From Fibrobacteria bacterium (GTDB lineage Bacteria; Fibrobacterota; Fibrobacteria; UBA11236): 64,000 nt of DNA. The position numbers and the translations under genes are program-made. The notes under the pieces were generated by a model. It was given only the letters and a program-made list of their open reading frames with translations, ran no database searches and had not been told where the DNA came from. The stretch lies in assembly GCA_043745805.1 (NCBI GenBank), contig JAYTSD010000032.1:1-64000 (forward strand), given 5' to 3'. Of this stretch, positions 46,351 to 56,581 are shown in pieces. Within the stretch, counting starts at the first letter, position 1. Every line of letters begins with the position of its first letter.

Positions 46351-49065
46351 ATGGAAAGTCGTTATTCTCCGAGCGATATAGAAGACAAGTGGTATCAAAT
46401 TTGGGAAGAGGCCGGTGCTTTTAAACCCCAAGCTAAAGATAAAAACAAGGGTAAGCCTTTTACCATTGTTATTCCGCCGCCGAATGTGACTGGCGCTTTG
46501 CATATGGGTCATGCGCTGAATAATACTTTGCAAGATGTTTTGATTCGTTGGAAACGTTTGCAGGGTTTCAATACCTTATGGCAACCCGGTACCGACCATG
46601 CGGGCATTGCCACGCAAAGTGTAGTGGAACGCGAATTGGCTAAGCAAGGCGTGAAGCGTCAGGACTTGGGTCGCGAAAAATTTGTCGAACGCGTTTGGGA
46701 ATGGAAACAAGAATACGGCGACCGTATTGTGAATCAATTGAAAAAACTCGGCAGTTCTTGTGATTGGTCGCGTTTGCGCTTTACCATGGATGAGGGTTTA
46801 TCCATTGCGGTGAAAGAAGTTTTTGTACGGCTCTATGAAGATGGCCTGATTTATCAAGGTAATCGCCTGATCAATTGGTGTCCCAAATTGCAAACGGCTT
46901 TGGCGGATGAAGAAGTGGAAAACAAAGAAGCGCAAGGACATTTTTGGTCTTTGCGTTACCCTTTGGCGGAAGATCCTTCACAATTTATTGTGGTGGCGAC
47001 GACGCGTCCGGAAACTTTATTTGGTGATGTGGCTGTGGCTGTTAACGCGGAAGATACCCGCTATCAGCATTTGATTGGCAAAAAAGTAAAATTGCCTTTA
47101 ACCAATCGCGAAATCCCTATTATCGCCGATGAGCATGCCGATCCCACTAAGGGTTCCGGCGCAGTGAAAATCACTCCGGCTCATGACTTCAATGATTTCG
47201 AAGTGGGCAAGCGACATAATCTTGAACCCATTTGCGTGATGGATTTAAATGCGCATATGAATGAAAAAGCCGGTGCCTATGCGGGCTTGGAGCGTTTCGC
47301 TTGCCGCAAAAAAGTTTTGGCCGATTTAGAAGCTGCGAGTTTAGTAGAAAAAATTGAAGATAAAGTGATATCGTTACCGCTATGTTACCGTAGCGGTGAT
47401 ATTGTCGAACCGTATTTAATGAATCAATGGTTTGTGAATATGCGTCCTTTGGCGGAACCTGCTTTGGAGGCTGTGGTCGAAGGTAAAACGATTGCGGAAA
47501 GACAAGCTACCGGAACCATTGGTTTTGTGCCGGAACGTTATACCAAAACCTACCGCACATGGCTTGAGCCCTTTAAAGATTGGTGCATATCGCGTCAACT
47601 ATGGTGGGGTCATCAAATTCCTGCTTGGTATGTCATTAGTGAAACCGGCGGACAAAAACGCAATGACACACCTTTTGTAGTGGCGCGTTCGACGGAAGAA
47701 GCGAAACAAAAAGCTATTGCAAAGTATGGTGACAATGTAGTTTTGGTACAAGAAGAAGATGTGTTGGACACTTGGTTTTCCAGTGCCTTATGGCCTTTCA
47801 GCACTTTAGGTTGGCCGGAAAAAACCGAAAGCTTAAAAACTTTTTACCCTACCGATGTACTGATTACGGATAGAGGTATTATTTATTTCTGGGTAGCGCG
47901 CATGATTTTTTCGGGATTAAAATTTTTGGATAAAGCACCCTTTCATACCGTGTATATACATGGCACTATTCTCGATGAAAAAGGTCAGCGCATGTCCAAG
48001 TCCAAGGGCAATGGCATTGATCCTATTGAGATGATTAAAACTTATGGTGCCGATGCTGTGCGTTTTGCTTTGATGACTTTGACTACCGAAGGGCAAGACA
48101 TTAAACTCTCGCCGGTGAAATTTGAATCGGGCCGTAATTTTGCCAATAAACTTTGGAATGCCGTACGTTTTGTGTTACCCCATGTGGAAGCACAGCAAGC
48201 CGAAGATAATCAAGTTATGGATTTACAAAGTCAAGCTTTATCCATGCCGGATCGTTGGATATTGTCACGCGCGAATTCTATGATACACGATGTGAATCAA
48301 GCTTTGGAAGCCTTGCGCTTTTCCGAAGCGGCGCAGGCCATATACCGCTTCACTTGGGATGATTTCTGTTCCCGTTACTTAGAAATTCGCAAACGGATTA
48401 TCACGGGAGAAGCTTCACCTGAAAAGCAAATGGCCGTAGCGGTTTTTGTTTCCGTACTGGAAAAATTGATTGCCGTTTTGCATCCCTTTATGCCTTTTAT
48501 CACTGAGGAAATTCATGCCGCTTTAGGTCATAAAAATCTTTTGATCACTAGTGCTTGGCCAATGGTGGATGAAAAAGCACGCGATAAAAATTTAGAAGAT
48601 GGCTTTGAAGAAGTGTTTGCCGTGGTGGAAGCTTTGCGCGCCATTCGTGGTCAATATGCTATTGCTCCGGCTAAACCATTAAATGCCGTACTCAGCTTTG
48701 ATGACGCCGAAAAGAATGCTAAAGCCCAGGTTACGCAGGAGATACTGATCAATTTAGAAAAAGTGGGCGAGTTAAAAATTGGTTTGGGCTTGCCTAAACC
48801 TAGTTTTGCTGCCACGGAAGTGATTCCTGGAGGCAAGCTCTATGTGGCTTTGGAAGGTATTCTCGATATTGAAGCGGAGCGCCAAAAGATTCGTAAAGAA
48901 TTGGAAAAGTCCGAAGGCTTTGTGAAAGCGCAAGCGCAAAAATTAGCGAATGAAAAGTTCGTAGGTTCCGCACCGGCGCAAGTGATTGAGTTGGAAAGAC
49001 AAAAGCTAGCTTCGCAACAAGAGAAATTGGAAAAACTTAAAGAGACTCTCGCTAGCTTGGGGTAA
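46351..49065 (+). CDS. valS: Valine--tRNA ligase
   Basis: PPPNVTGALHMGHA, DWCISRQLWWGH, DVLDTWFSS, RMSKS, C-terminal coiled coil. ATG 46351 preferred over GTG 46345. Confidence 0.98.
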   Translation: MESRYSPSDIEDKWYQIWEEAGAFKPQAKDKNKGKPFTIVIPPPNVTGALHMGHALNNTLQDVLIRWKRLQGFNTLWQPGTDHAGIATQSVVERELAKQGVKRQDLGREKFVERVWEWKQEYGDRIVNQLKKLGSSCDWSRLRFTMDEGLSIAVKEVFVRLYEDGLIYQGNRLINWCPKLQTALADEEVENKEAQGHFWSLRYPLAEDPSQFIVVATTRPETLFGDVAVAVNAEDTRYQHLIGKKVKLPLTNREIPIIADEHADPTKGSGAVKITPAHDFNDFEVGKRHNLEPICVMDLNAHMNEKAGAYAGLERFACRKKVLADLEAASLVEKIEDKVISLPLCYRSGDIVEPYLMNQWFVNMRPLAEPALEAVVEGKTIAERQATGTIGFVPERYTKTYRTWLEPFKDWCISRQLWWGHQIPAWYVISETGGQKRNDTPFVVARSTEEAKQKAIAKYGDNVVLVQEEDVLDTWFSSALWPFSTLGWPEKTESLKTFYPTDVLITDRGIIYFWVARMIFSGLKFLDKAPFHTVYIHGTILDEKGQRMSKSKGNGIDPIEMIKTYGADAVRFALMTLTTEGQDIKLSPVKFESGRNFANKLWNAVRFVLPHVEAQQAEDNQVMDLQSQALSMPDRWILSRANSMIHDVNQALEALRFSEAAQAIYRFTWDDFCSRYLEIRKRIITGEASPEKQMAVAVFVSVLEKLIAVLHPFMPFITEEIHAALGHKNLLITSAWPMVDEKARDKNLEDGFEEVFAVVEALRAIRGQYAIAPAKPLNAVLSFDDAEKNAKAQVTQEILINLEKVGELKIGLGLPKPSFAATEVIPGGKLYVALEGILDIEAERQKIRKELEKSEGFVKAQAQKLANEKFVGSAPAQVIELERQKLASQQEKLEKLKETLASLG

Positions 49066-49119
49066 CATCCAGGTTAATTTTTCTTATACGGTTTATTCGA
49101 TTTTAATCGAAAACCAATC

Positions 49120-50796
49120 TTATTCAAAATGAGCCAATAAAATACCTCGTGAGCCGAGGTATTTTAATTCGGCATAATAAATATTTCCACGATGGCGCAG
49201 GGTAAAGGGAATGACTTTGCCCTTTAAATCAATTAAAGTGGGAGCAAAAAGAGGATTGGTTAAGGAGGGGAGAAATAAAATCCCCAAGCCATTATAAGCT
49301 AAGCTATGCCAATTATTGGGTGAATGGGGAGGAATGGGCTGATTTTGCTTTAAATATTTCCATGCTGCATTGACATCAATTAGCCCGTAACCAATACTAT
49401 CATTTGGATGATCCGCTAAATTGGAAGTGTTTTTTAAAGCTGCACGAATTTCGCTTGCAGTGGCTTGAGGATAGTATTGACGTAACAAAGCGGCTACCCC
49501 TGCTACTACTGGGGCCGCAAAGCTTGTTCCCGTTGCGGGATTAAAGCCATTTAAACTGGAAACATTAGCGACTGGCACGGCACAGTTTGAACCCATACCC
49601 ATGGATACCAAATCCGGTTTTATGCGTCCATCAAATGAGGGGCCTGTTGAGGAATAAGAACAGCGTTTTCTTTGGGTATTGGCTATCCCCACGGCCAATA
49701 TACTGTCGGCATCTGCAGGTGAGCTTATATTAGGCGAAGCATGGGTAGTGCCTTCATTGCCCATCGCTATCGTAAGTACCACATCGCGCTCTGCGGCTTT
49801 AGTCGCGGCAATCGAAGCGGGTAAAGTTTTTCCATCCAATTGAGAATAAGGAAAATTTGCACTGGTATCAAAGTCATAGCGATAACCTAAGCTAATGCTC
49901 ATCACCTGTGCGCCATGCAGAGTGGCTCGTTCAATGGCGGAGGCCACATAATCTTCTTCGACATAGCTTTCGGTTTCATCTACTTCGGCATGATAAAGTA
50001 AAAGTTGTACGCTTGGCGACACCCCCACCATTTTTCCTGGTGAATTTCCCGCTATGAGCGATAAACAGTTGGCTCCATGACTATCGCCTAAGGAATCTAA
50101 ATGTACTGAGTTGGTATCATTCTGCGTGAAATCCCATTGATCGATAATTTGCTTTTTGATTTTTAAGCTATCGAAAACATGATTTCCTAAATTAAATTGC
50201 ACATCGATCACTGCTAATTTTACACCATCGCCTGGAAGTAAATTTTCTTGCGCAAATATTTGTTGTAAATAAGTAATGCGTAGCGAATCAAAGAGGGCTT
50301 GCGTTTGTCCCAAATTTAGGGAGCCTGTGGACGACTCGGTAAAAGGTTCGGCCGCCCAAGCCTTTTTCTCCAAATTTTCTCGCACAAGGAGTTTATGAGG
50401 GAATTCTTTCACTGAAGCAATGCCGGGTAATTTTTTTAATTCCTCCAACTGATCGGGACGAATAAATGCCGAAATTTGGTTTTGCCAAAGCAGCTTTACT
50501 AAAGGATGAATTCCCAAATTCTCCAAACTATTTAAATAAGGAGCATAGAGCGGAAAGTCTTCCCAGGCTCTTTTGTTCTTGAATATTTGATCGCTAGACA
50601 TTTTAGCGACCATTGATGCCATTGATACCTTAGGCGCGAGTGGACCTTTGTCTTGCAATGCGATCCATACTTTTATTTTTGCCGCAGGCTCGGGTTGGAA
50701 TTCACTTGCAAAAAGCCATCCTAAATTTAAAGTTAAACATAGGCCTAAGCGAATCAGCCAAAAAAATGAGGGAAGAAAAACCTTATAATTCATCAA
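49120..50796 (-). CDS. S8 subtilisin-like serine protease, secreted
   Basis: LAVID, SHGANC, AMGNEG, GTSFAAPVVAG; start codon position uncertain. Confidence 0.92.
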   Translation of the reverse strand: MMNYKVFLPSFFWLIRLGLCLTLNLGWLFASEFQPEPAAKIKVWIALQDKGPLAPKVSMASMVAKMSSDQIFKNKRAWEDFPLYAPYLNSLENLGIHPLVKLLWQNQISAFIRPDQLEELKKLPGIASVKEFPHKLLVRENLEKKAWAAEPFTESSTGSLNLGQTQALFDSLRITYLQQIFAQENLLPGDGVKLAVIDVQFNLGNHVFDSLKIKKQIIDQWDFTQNDTNSVHLDSLGDSHGANCLSLIAGNSPGKMVGVSPSVQLLLYHAEVDETESYVEEDYVASAIERATLHGAQVMSISLGYRYDFDTSANFPYSQLDGKTLPASIAATKAAERDVVLTIAMGNEGTTHASPNISSPADADSILAVGIANTQRKRCSYSSTGPSFDGRIKPDLVSMGMGSNCAVPVANVSSLNGFNPATGTSFAAPVVAGVAALLRQYYPQATASEIRAALKNTSNLADHPNDSIGYGLIDVNAAWKYLKQNQPIPPHSPNNWHSLAYNGLGILFLPSLTNPLFAPTLIDLKGKVIPFTLRHRGNIYYAELKYLGSRGILLAHFE

Positions 50797-50940
50797 TGAA
50801 TATCATATCCCATTTATGTTTAAAGTCCAAGTTATAGCCGAACATAGCTGAATATAGCCAATATAGCTAGAAGTACTTTTACTAGATTATACCTCAATAA
50901 TAAAAAGAAGGATTGCGCCATTTGGCTGCGCCCAAAAGTT

Positions 50941-52407
50941 ATGCTAAGAACCTTAGATGAAGTTCGGAAACTTACGGCTGCGGGCAATGTAATTCCGATT
51001 TACAAAGAATTTCCCGCAGATTTAGATACACCTATCACGGCTTTGCTCAAATTAAAAAGACAAGGGCAAGGGGTATTTCTTTTAGAAAGTATTGAAGTGG
51101 GTGAAAAGCTTGCGCGCTTTTCTTTTTTGGGAAGAAATCCACGGACGGTTTTTCAATCTAAAGATGAAAATATTTTTATTTCCGGCGAAGGTGAAAAATC
51201 CTACGTAGGCAAGCCTTTAGTAGAATTACAGGAATTTATGAATCGCTTTCGTGGCGTACAGGATGCTGCTTTACCCGCTTTTTCTGGTGGAGCTGTGGGA
51301 TTTGTATGTTACGATGCTGTGCGCTTAGTGGAAAAAATTCCCGCGACCGGAAAAGATGATTATCAATTACCGGATTTGCATTTTGGTTTTTATCCTGCCT
51401 TTATCGTTTTCGATCATTTACAACATAAATTACGCATTGTCGCGAATGTATTAGTGGATGAATATGCTAGCTTGGAGGCCGCCTATACGGTTGCTTTGGC
51501 GCAAATTGAAGCTTTGGAAGCCGAAATCAATGAGCCTTTATTGCTTCCTAAAAAAGAAAATAAAACCATACCCTCTCCAGTATGGGCATCCAACTATACC
51601 GCTGAAGGGTATTTAAAAGGCGTTCAGGATTGCAAAGAATACATTAAGGCGGGCGATGCTTTTCAAATCGTTTTGGCTCAGCGCTTTACCTGTAAACCTG
51701 AGGTTACGGCCTTGCAAATTTATCGGGCTCTGCGGGGAATTAATCCTTCGCCGTATATGTATTATCTCGACTATGGCGATTTTGAAATTGTCGGTGCTTC
51801 TCCCGAAACTTTAGTGAAGGTGCAAGATGGTCTTGCGGAAACCAAGCCTATTGCGGGTACCCGCCGCCGCGGAAAAAATGCAGCGGAAGATTTAGCCTTA
51901 GAAAAAGAATTATTGGCGGATGCTAAAGAACGTGCGGAGCATTTAATGCTTGTCGATTTAGGCCGTAATGATATTGGCCGCGTTTCGGAATACGGTAGCG
52001 TAGAAGTGACGCAATTTATGGACGTCGAACGCCATAGCCATGTCATGCATATTGAATCGGTAGTGCGCGGGAAATTAAAACCCGAATATACCGCTTTGCA
52101 AGCCTTGATGTCTTGCTTTCCGGCGGGGACATTATCGGGAGCACCCAAGATTCGTGCGATGGAAATTATCGATAGCTTAGAGCCTACACGCCGTGGGCTT
52201 TATGGCGGAGCTATTTGTTATATGGATTTTCGTGGCAACTTAGATTCTTGCATTGCTATTCGCACCTTGATGTTAAAAGATGGTGTGGCTTATGTGCAAG
52301 CGGGAGCAGGCATTGTAGCCGATTCGGATCCGCAAGCGGAATTCGAAGAAACCGGACATAAAGCACAAGCCGTGATGAATGCTGTGGCAGAGGCGAGGAA
52401 AATATGA
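50941..52407 (+). CDS. trpE: Anthranilate synthase component I
   Basis: LLES, NPSPYMYY, PIAGTRRRG, KERAEHLMLVDLGRND, FPAGTLSGAPKIRAMEII. Confidence 0.96.
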   Translation: MLRTLDEVRKLTAAGNVIPIYKEFPADLDTPITALLKLKRQGQGVFLLESIEVGEKLARFSFLGRNPRTVFQSKDENIFISGEGEKSYVGKPLVELQEFMNRFRGVQDAALPAFSGGAVGFVCYDAVRLVEKIPATGKDDYQLPDLHFGFYPAFIVFDHLQHKLRIVANVLVDEYASLEAAYTVALAQIEALEAEINEPLLLPKKENKTIPSPVWASNYTAEGYLKGVQDCKEYIKAGDAFQIVLAQRFTCKPEVTALQIYRALRGINPSPYMYYLDYGDFEIVGASPETLVKVQDGLAETKPIAGTRRRGKNAAEDLALEKELLADAKERAEHLMLVDLGRNDIGRVSEYGSVEVTQFMDVERHSHVMHIESVVRGKLKPEYTALQALMSCFPAGTLSGAPKIRAMEIIDSLEPTRRGLYGGAICYMDFRGNLDSCIAIRTLMLKDGVAYVQAGAGIVADSDPQAEFEETGHKAQAVMNAVAEARKI

Positions 52408-52979
52408 TTCTCATACTCGACAATTATGATTCCTTTACTTTTAATTTGGTGCAATATATTGGCGAACAAAATCCCAATTTAAAAGTAATACGCAATGATC
52501 AGCATGCGGTAGCCGAAGTATTAGCGATGCGTCCTTCGCATATAGTGATTTCACCTGGGCCTTGTACGCCTAAAGAAGCTGGCATTTCTATTGAGTTAAT
52601 TAAAAATACTCCGGCCTCCATTCCTTTGTTGGGAGTTTGTTTGGGGCATCAAAGTTTAGGCGAAGCTTTTGGTGGTAAGGTTATTCGTGCCCCCTTTCCT
52701 ATGCATGGCAAAACCGATGGTATACAATGTCAAAGTATAGGCTTATTCCAAGGTTTACCTGAAACCTTTACAGCCACACGTTACCATTCCCTAATTGTAG
52801 AACGCGAAAGCTTGCCGAGTACCTTGGAAGTTACGGCTACGAATAAAGACAATATTATTATGGGACTTAAACATAAAACCCTGCCTTTATTTGGTTTACA
52901 ATTTCATCCCGAATCTATTTTAACCGAACATGGTAAAATCATGATCGCTAATTTTCTTGCCATGAAAGGGTCGGTATGA
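52404..52979 (+). CDS. trpG: Anthranilate synthase component II (glutamine amidotransferase)
   Basis: DNYDSFT, ISPGP, GVCLGHQ, RYHSL, QFHPES; ATGA-coupled to trpE. Confidence 0.95.
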   Translation: MILILDNYDSFTFNLVQYIGEQNPNLKVIRNDQHAVAEVLAMRPSHIVISPGPCTPKEAGISIELIKNTPASIPLLGVCLGHQSLGEAFGGKVIRAPFPMHGKTDGIQCQSIGLFQGLPETFTATRYHSLIVERESLPSTLEVTATNKDNIIMGLKHKTLPLFGLQFHPESILTEHGKIMIANFLAMKGSV

Positions 52980-54004
52980 GTTTTTCGCTTTGGCTCGGTA
53001 AACTAATCAAAAAAGAAAATCTCACTGCGCCGGAAATGGGCGAAGCGATGGCTGGTCTTATGGACGGGCAATGGACGCAAGCGCAAATAGGTGCATTCTT
53101 AATTGCCTTGCGTATAAAAGGCGAATCGCCAGCGGAAATTGGTGCGGCGGTAAAAGTGTTACGCGAAAAAGCAACGCGTGTACCTACTACCCGCAAACCC
53201 TTGGTGGATACTTGCGGAACAGGTGGTGATCATAGTGGCACCTTTAATGTGTCTACGGCAAGTGCCATTGTAGCCGCAGGGGCAGGTGTGGCTATTGCGA
53301 AACATGGCAATCGTGCGATTAGTAGTCGCTGTGGAAGTGCCAATGTATTGCAAGAATTAGGGGTTAACTTAGAGATGACAGCGGAACAGGTAGGGGCTTG
53401 TGTCGATGCCGTGGGTATTGGTTTTCTGTTCGCTCCTAAATTGCATTCGGCGATGAAGCATGTGGCGGGCCCTCGTCAAGAGTTGGGACAACGCACCATA
53501 TTTAATTTAATGGGACCTATGCTGAATCCTGCGCATGCCAAAAGACAAGTCATAGGCGTTTACGATATGAATTTAACCCGTGTCTTTGCGGAAGTATTAA
53601 GCGACTTACAATCCGAGCATGTGCTAGTGGTGGCCGGTACGGATGGACTCGATGAAATTACTCTTACGGCGCCTAGCAAAATCGCCGAACTTAAAAACGG
53701 GGAAATCAAAGAATATATTTTGAATCCGCAAGACTTAGGTTTTTCGCTTTGTGAAAAAAATGATTTGGTTGGTGGCGATGCACCCGAAAATGCGGCGATA
53801 CTTCGCTCCATATTCCAAGGTAAAAAGGGTGCGCCACGCGATATTGTAGTTTTGAATGCCGCTGCGGCCATTTATGTTTCGGGCGAAGCGAATTCCTTAA
53901 AAGAAGGGGTAACCTTGGCCATACGCACAATTGATTCGGGTGCTGCGCAAGCCACCCTAGAGAAATTTGTGGCTTTTTCAAAAACCTGTTTGCCAACCTC
54001 TTAG
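52976..54004 (+). CDS. trpD: Anthranilate phosphoribosyltransferase
   Basis: DTCGTGGD, FNVST, AKHGNR, RTIFNLMGP, DGLDE. Confidence 0.96.
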   Translation: MSFSLWLGKLIKKENLTAPEMGEAMAGLMDGQWTQAQIGAFLIALRIKGESPAEIGAAVKVLREKATRVPTTRKPLVDTCGTGGDHSGTFNVSTASAIVAAGAGVAIAKHGNRAISSRCGSANVLQELGVNLEMTAEQVGACVDAVGIGFLFAPKLHSAMKHVAGPRQELGQRTIFNLMGPMLNPAHAKRQVIGVYDMNLTRVFAEVLSDLQSEHVLVVAGTDGLDEITLTAPSKIAELKNGEIKEYILNPQDLGFSLCEKNDLVGGDAPENAAILRSIFQGKKGAPRDIVVLNAAAAIYVSGEANSLKEGVTLAIRTIDSGAAQATLEKFVAFSKTCLPTS

Positions 54005-54016
54005 AATTATTTCATT

Positions 54017-54820
54017 ATGCCCCACGATATACTTACAAAAATTATTACCGCTAAAAAAATACGTTTAGAAAAACGTAAACAAGAAAGGCCTTTGTCGCTT
54101 GTAGAGCAAGTAGCTAGGGCTTTGCCAGCCCCGCAAAAGAATTTTTTAAAAATTTTACGAGCTAAATCCACTTCACCCATTCCTCTGCATATTATTGCCG
54201 AAGTGAAAAAAGCTTCACCCTCCAAAGGCGTGATTCGCGAAGATTTTAAACCTTTGGAAATTGCCCAAGCTTATGCGCGTGGTGGTGCGAGTGCCGTATC
54301 GGTACTTACAGAAGAAGATTTTTTCCAAGGGCAGGACGTTTATTTGCAACAAATCGCGAGCTCCGTGGCGATACCGGCTTTACGCAAAGATTTTATTATC
54401 GATCCCTATCAAATTTTTGAAGCCAAATGTTTAGGCGCTTCAGCTTTTTTGCTACTCGTGAATTGTTTATCGCCAGAAATGTTAAAGAATTTTATTGCTT
54501 TGGGTCAAGAACTGGGATTGACGCCTTTGGTAGAAACACATACGGCCGAAGAAATTCAAATTGCTTTGGATGCGGGCGCGAATTTGATTGGCATCAATAA
54601 TCGGGATCTGAAAACTTTTAATATTTCCTTAGAGGTAACCTTCAAGTTAAGAACTTTAATTCCCGTATCCATCCCGGTTATTTCGGAATCGGGAATTTTT
54701 ACTGCTCAAAATATGCAACGCTTGGTGGATGCCGGTGTGAATGCTGCCTTAATTGGTGAAAGCCTTATGCGGGAGACGAACATGGAAAAAAAACTAAGGG
54801 AATTGCTCGGTTTTGATTAA
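54017..54820 (+). CDS. trpC: Indole-3-glycerol phosphate synthase
   Basis: IIAEVKKASPSKG, SVLTE, LRKDFI, GINNRDL, ISESGI. Confidence 0.96.
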   Translation: MPHDILTKIITAKKIRLEKRKQERPLSLVEQVARALPAPQKNFLKILRAKSTSPIPLHIIAEVKKASPSKGVIREDFKPLEIAQAYARGGASAVSVLTEEDFFQGQDVYLQQIASSVAIPALRKDFIIDPYQIFEAKCLGASAFLLLVNCLSPEMLKNFIALGQELGLTPLVETHTAEEIQIALDAGANLIGINNRDLKTFNISLEVTFKLRTLIPVSIPVISESGIFTAQNMQRLVDAGVNAALIGESLMRETNMEKKLRELLGFD

Positions 54821-55277
54821 GGTACTATTTGTTTGCTTGGGTAATATTTGCCGTTCGCCTCTGGCTGAAGGAGTGTTTTTGCATTTGCTGCAACAAAAAG
54901 ATTTACTACAAAATTTTAGTGTTGATTCTGCGGGCACAGGGGATTGGCATGTAGGTCATGGAGCGGATAAACGTTCGCAAGCTGTGGCAAAGCAAAATGG
55001 TTTCGAATTGTACAGCAAAGCAAGACAAGTAAAAATCAGTGACTTCACTGAATTCGATTGGATTATTGCAATGGACGATAATAATCGCGAAGATTTAAAA
55101 CGACTCTGCCTTCCTGCTTTGCAAAGCAAAATTATTTTAATGCGCGACTTTGATATTCCCGAATTTAAAGGGGAAGATGTTCCCGATCCCTATTATGGGG
55201 GAGATGAAGGCTTTATCCATGTGTATCTTATGCTGGAACGCTCTTGCGCGAATTTTTTAGAGCATATTAAAACTTAG
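54813..55277 (+). CDS. Low-molecular-weight protein-tyrosine phosphatase
   Basis: VCLGNICRS P-loop and DPYY; TTG start overlapping trpC. Confidence 0.93.
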   Translation: MIKVLFVCLGNICRSPLAEGVFLHLLQQKDLLQNFSVDSAGTGDWHVGHGADKRSQAVAKQNGFELYSKARQVKISDFTEFDWIIAMDDNNREDLKRLCLPALQSKIILMRDFDIPEFKGEDVPDPYYGGDEGFIHVYLMLERSCANFLEHIKT

Positions 55278-55324
55278 AGCATTCAATCCTGCACAAAGGA
55301 ATGTACTTTTGGTAACATTCTAGT

Positions 55325-56554
55325 ATGAAAACTAAAGGATTTACCACTTCGATTTTACATGCGGATCGGCTCGATCATCCTGAGCATGGTTCATTACACA
55401 AACCCATTCACACTTCTATTGCTTATGGCTATACGCGTGCCGAGGATTTGGCTGCGGTATTTCAGGGACGTACCAAAGGTTATGCCTATGCTCGTCAAGC
55501 GAATCCTACGGTAGCGGCTTTAGAATATAAAATCACGCAAATGGAACAAGGGGTAGGCTCGCTTTGTTTTTCAACCGGCATGGCGGCTTTAGGGGCCTTG
55601 TTTATTGCTTTACTGCGCAAAGGTGATCATATTGTTTCTAGTGCGTATTTGTTTGGAAATACTAATAGTCTATTACAAACATTAATCGCTATTGGCATTG
55701 ATGTGACTTTTGTGGATGCCACGCAAGCGGCCAATGTGGAAAAAGCTCTGACTTCGCAAACTAAAATGGTGTTGGTGGAAACCATTGCTAATCCAGTGAC
55801 GCAGGTTGCAGATATGAAAAATATCGGAAAACTGTGTGCGGAAAAAGGTTTGATTTATATCATAGACAATACTTTAACTTCGCCTTATTTATTTAAGCCC
55901 AAAGATGTGCAAGCCACTTTTAGCGTCAATTCTTTATCTAAATATATTGGTGGTCATGGCAACGCTTTAGGCGGTAGCCTCACGGATACGGGTTTATTTG
56001 ATTGGACTAAATTTTCGGGATTATATGATATTTATAAAACCGGCGATGCCAAACTATGGGCCATGTTGCAATTGCGAAAAAAAGGTTTGCGCGATTTTGG
56101 CGGCACACTAGCACCTGAACCCGCTCATGTTATTTCCGTAGGCGCCGAAACGCTTTCTTTACGCATGGAAAAATCTTGTGAGAATGCAATGGCTTTAGCC
56201 CAGCTTTTGAAAAAAAATCCCAAGGTGAAAAAAACTAATTATCCGGGTTTAGCTTCGCATCCTCAGCATGCTTTGGCGCAGGAATTATTTCATCGTCCGG
56301 CGGCTTTAATCAGCTTTGAATTAGGGGAAAGTGAAGATTGCTTTGCCTTTTTAAATCGTTTACAGTTGGCTATTTGCTCTAGTAACATTGGGGATACCCG
56401 TACCTTGGTTATTCCGGTAGCGCATACGATTTTCTTTGAAATGGGTCCCGAAAGACGGGCGAGTATGGGCATTTCCGAAAACTTAATTCGTTTGTCGGTG
56501 GGAATTGAAGATACGCAAGATTTATTAGAGGATTTTGCTCAAGCTTTAGGTTGA
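55325..56554 (+). CDS. Cys/Met metabolism PLP enzyme (cystathionine gamma-synthase / sulfhydrylase family)
   Basis: YARQANPT, ETIANP, IDNT, SLSKYIGGHG, NIGDTRTL, IRLSVGIE. Confidence 0.9.
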   Translation: MKTKGFTTSILHADRLDHPEHGSLHKPIHTSIAYGYTRAEDLAAVFQGRTKGYAYARQANPTVAALEYKITQMEQGVGSLCFSTGMAALGALFIALLRKGDHIVSSAYLFGNTNSLLQTLIAIGIDVTFVDATQAANVEKALTSQTKMVLVETIANPVTQVADMKNIGKLCAEKGLIYIIDNTLTSPYLFKPKDVQATFSVNSLSKYIGGHGNALGGSLTDTGLFDWTKFSGLYDIYKTGDAKLWAMLQLRKKGLRDFGGTLAPEPAHVISVGAETLSLRMEKSCENAMALAQLLKKNPKVKKTNYPGLASHPQHALAQELFHRPAALISFELGESEDCFAFLNRLQLAICSSNIGDTRTLVIPVAHTIFFEMGPERRASMGISENLIRLSVGIEDTQDLLEDFAQALG

Positions 56555-56581
56555 AATGTCGTAAAAAAGTGGAGAGGTAAA

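Noticed and set aside
50833-50870. TRAP-type (G/U)AG repeat array upstream of trpE
   Set aside because: TRAP sites have about 5-nt periodicity and many more repeats; these are four units at about 10 nt.
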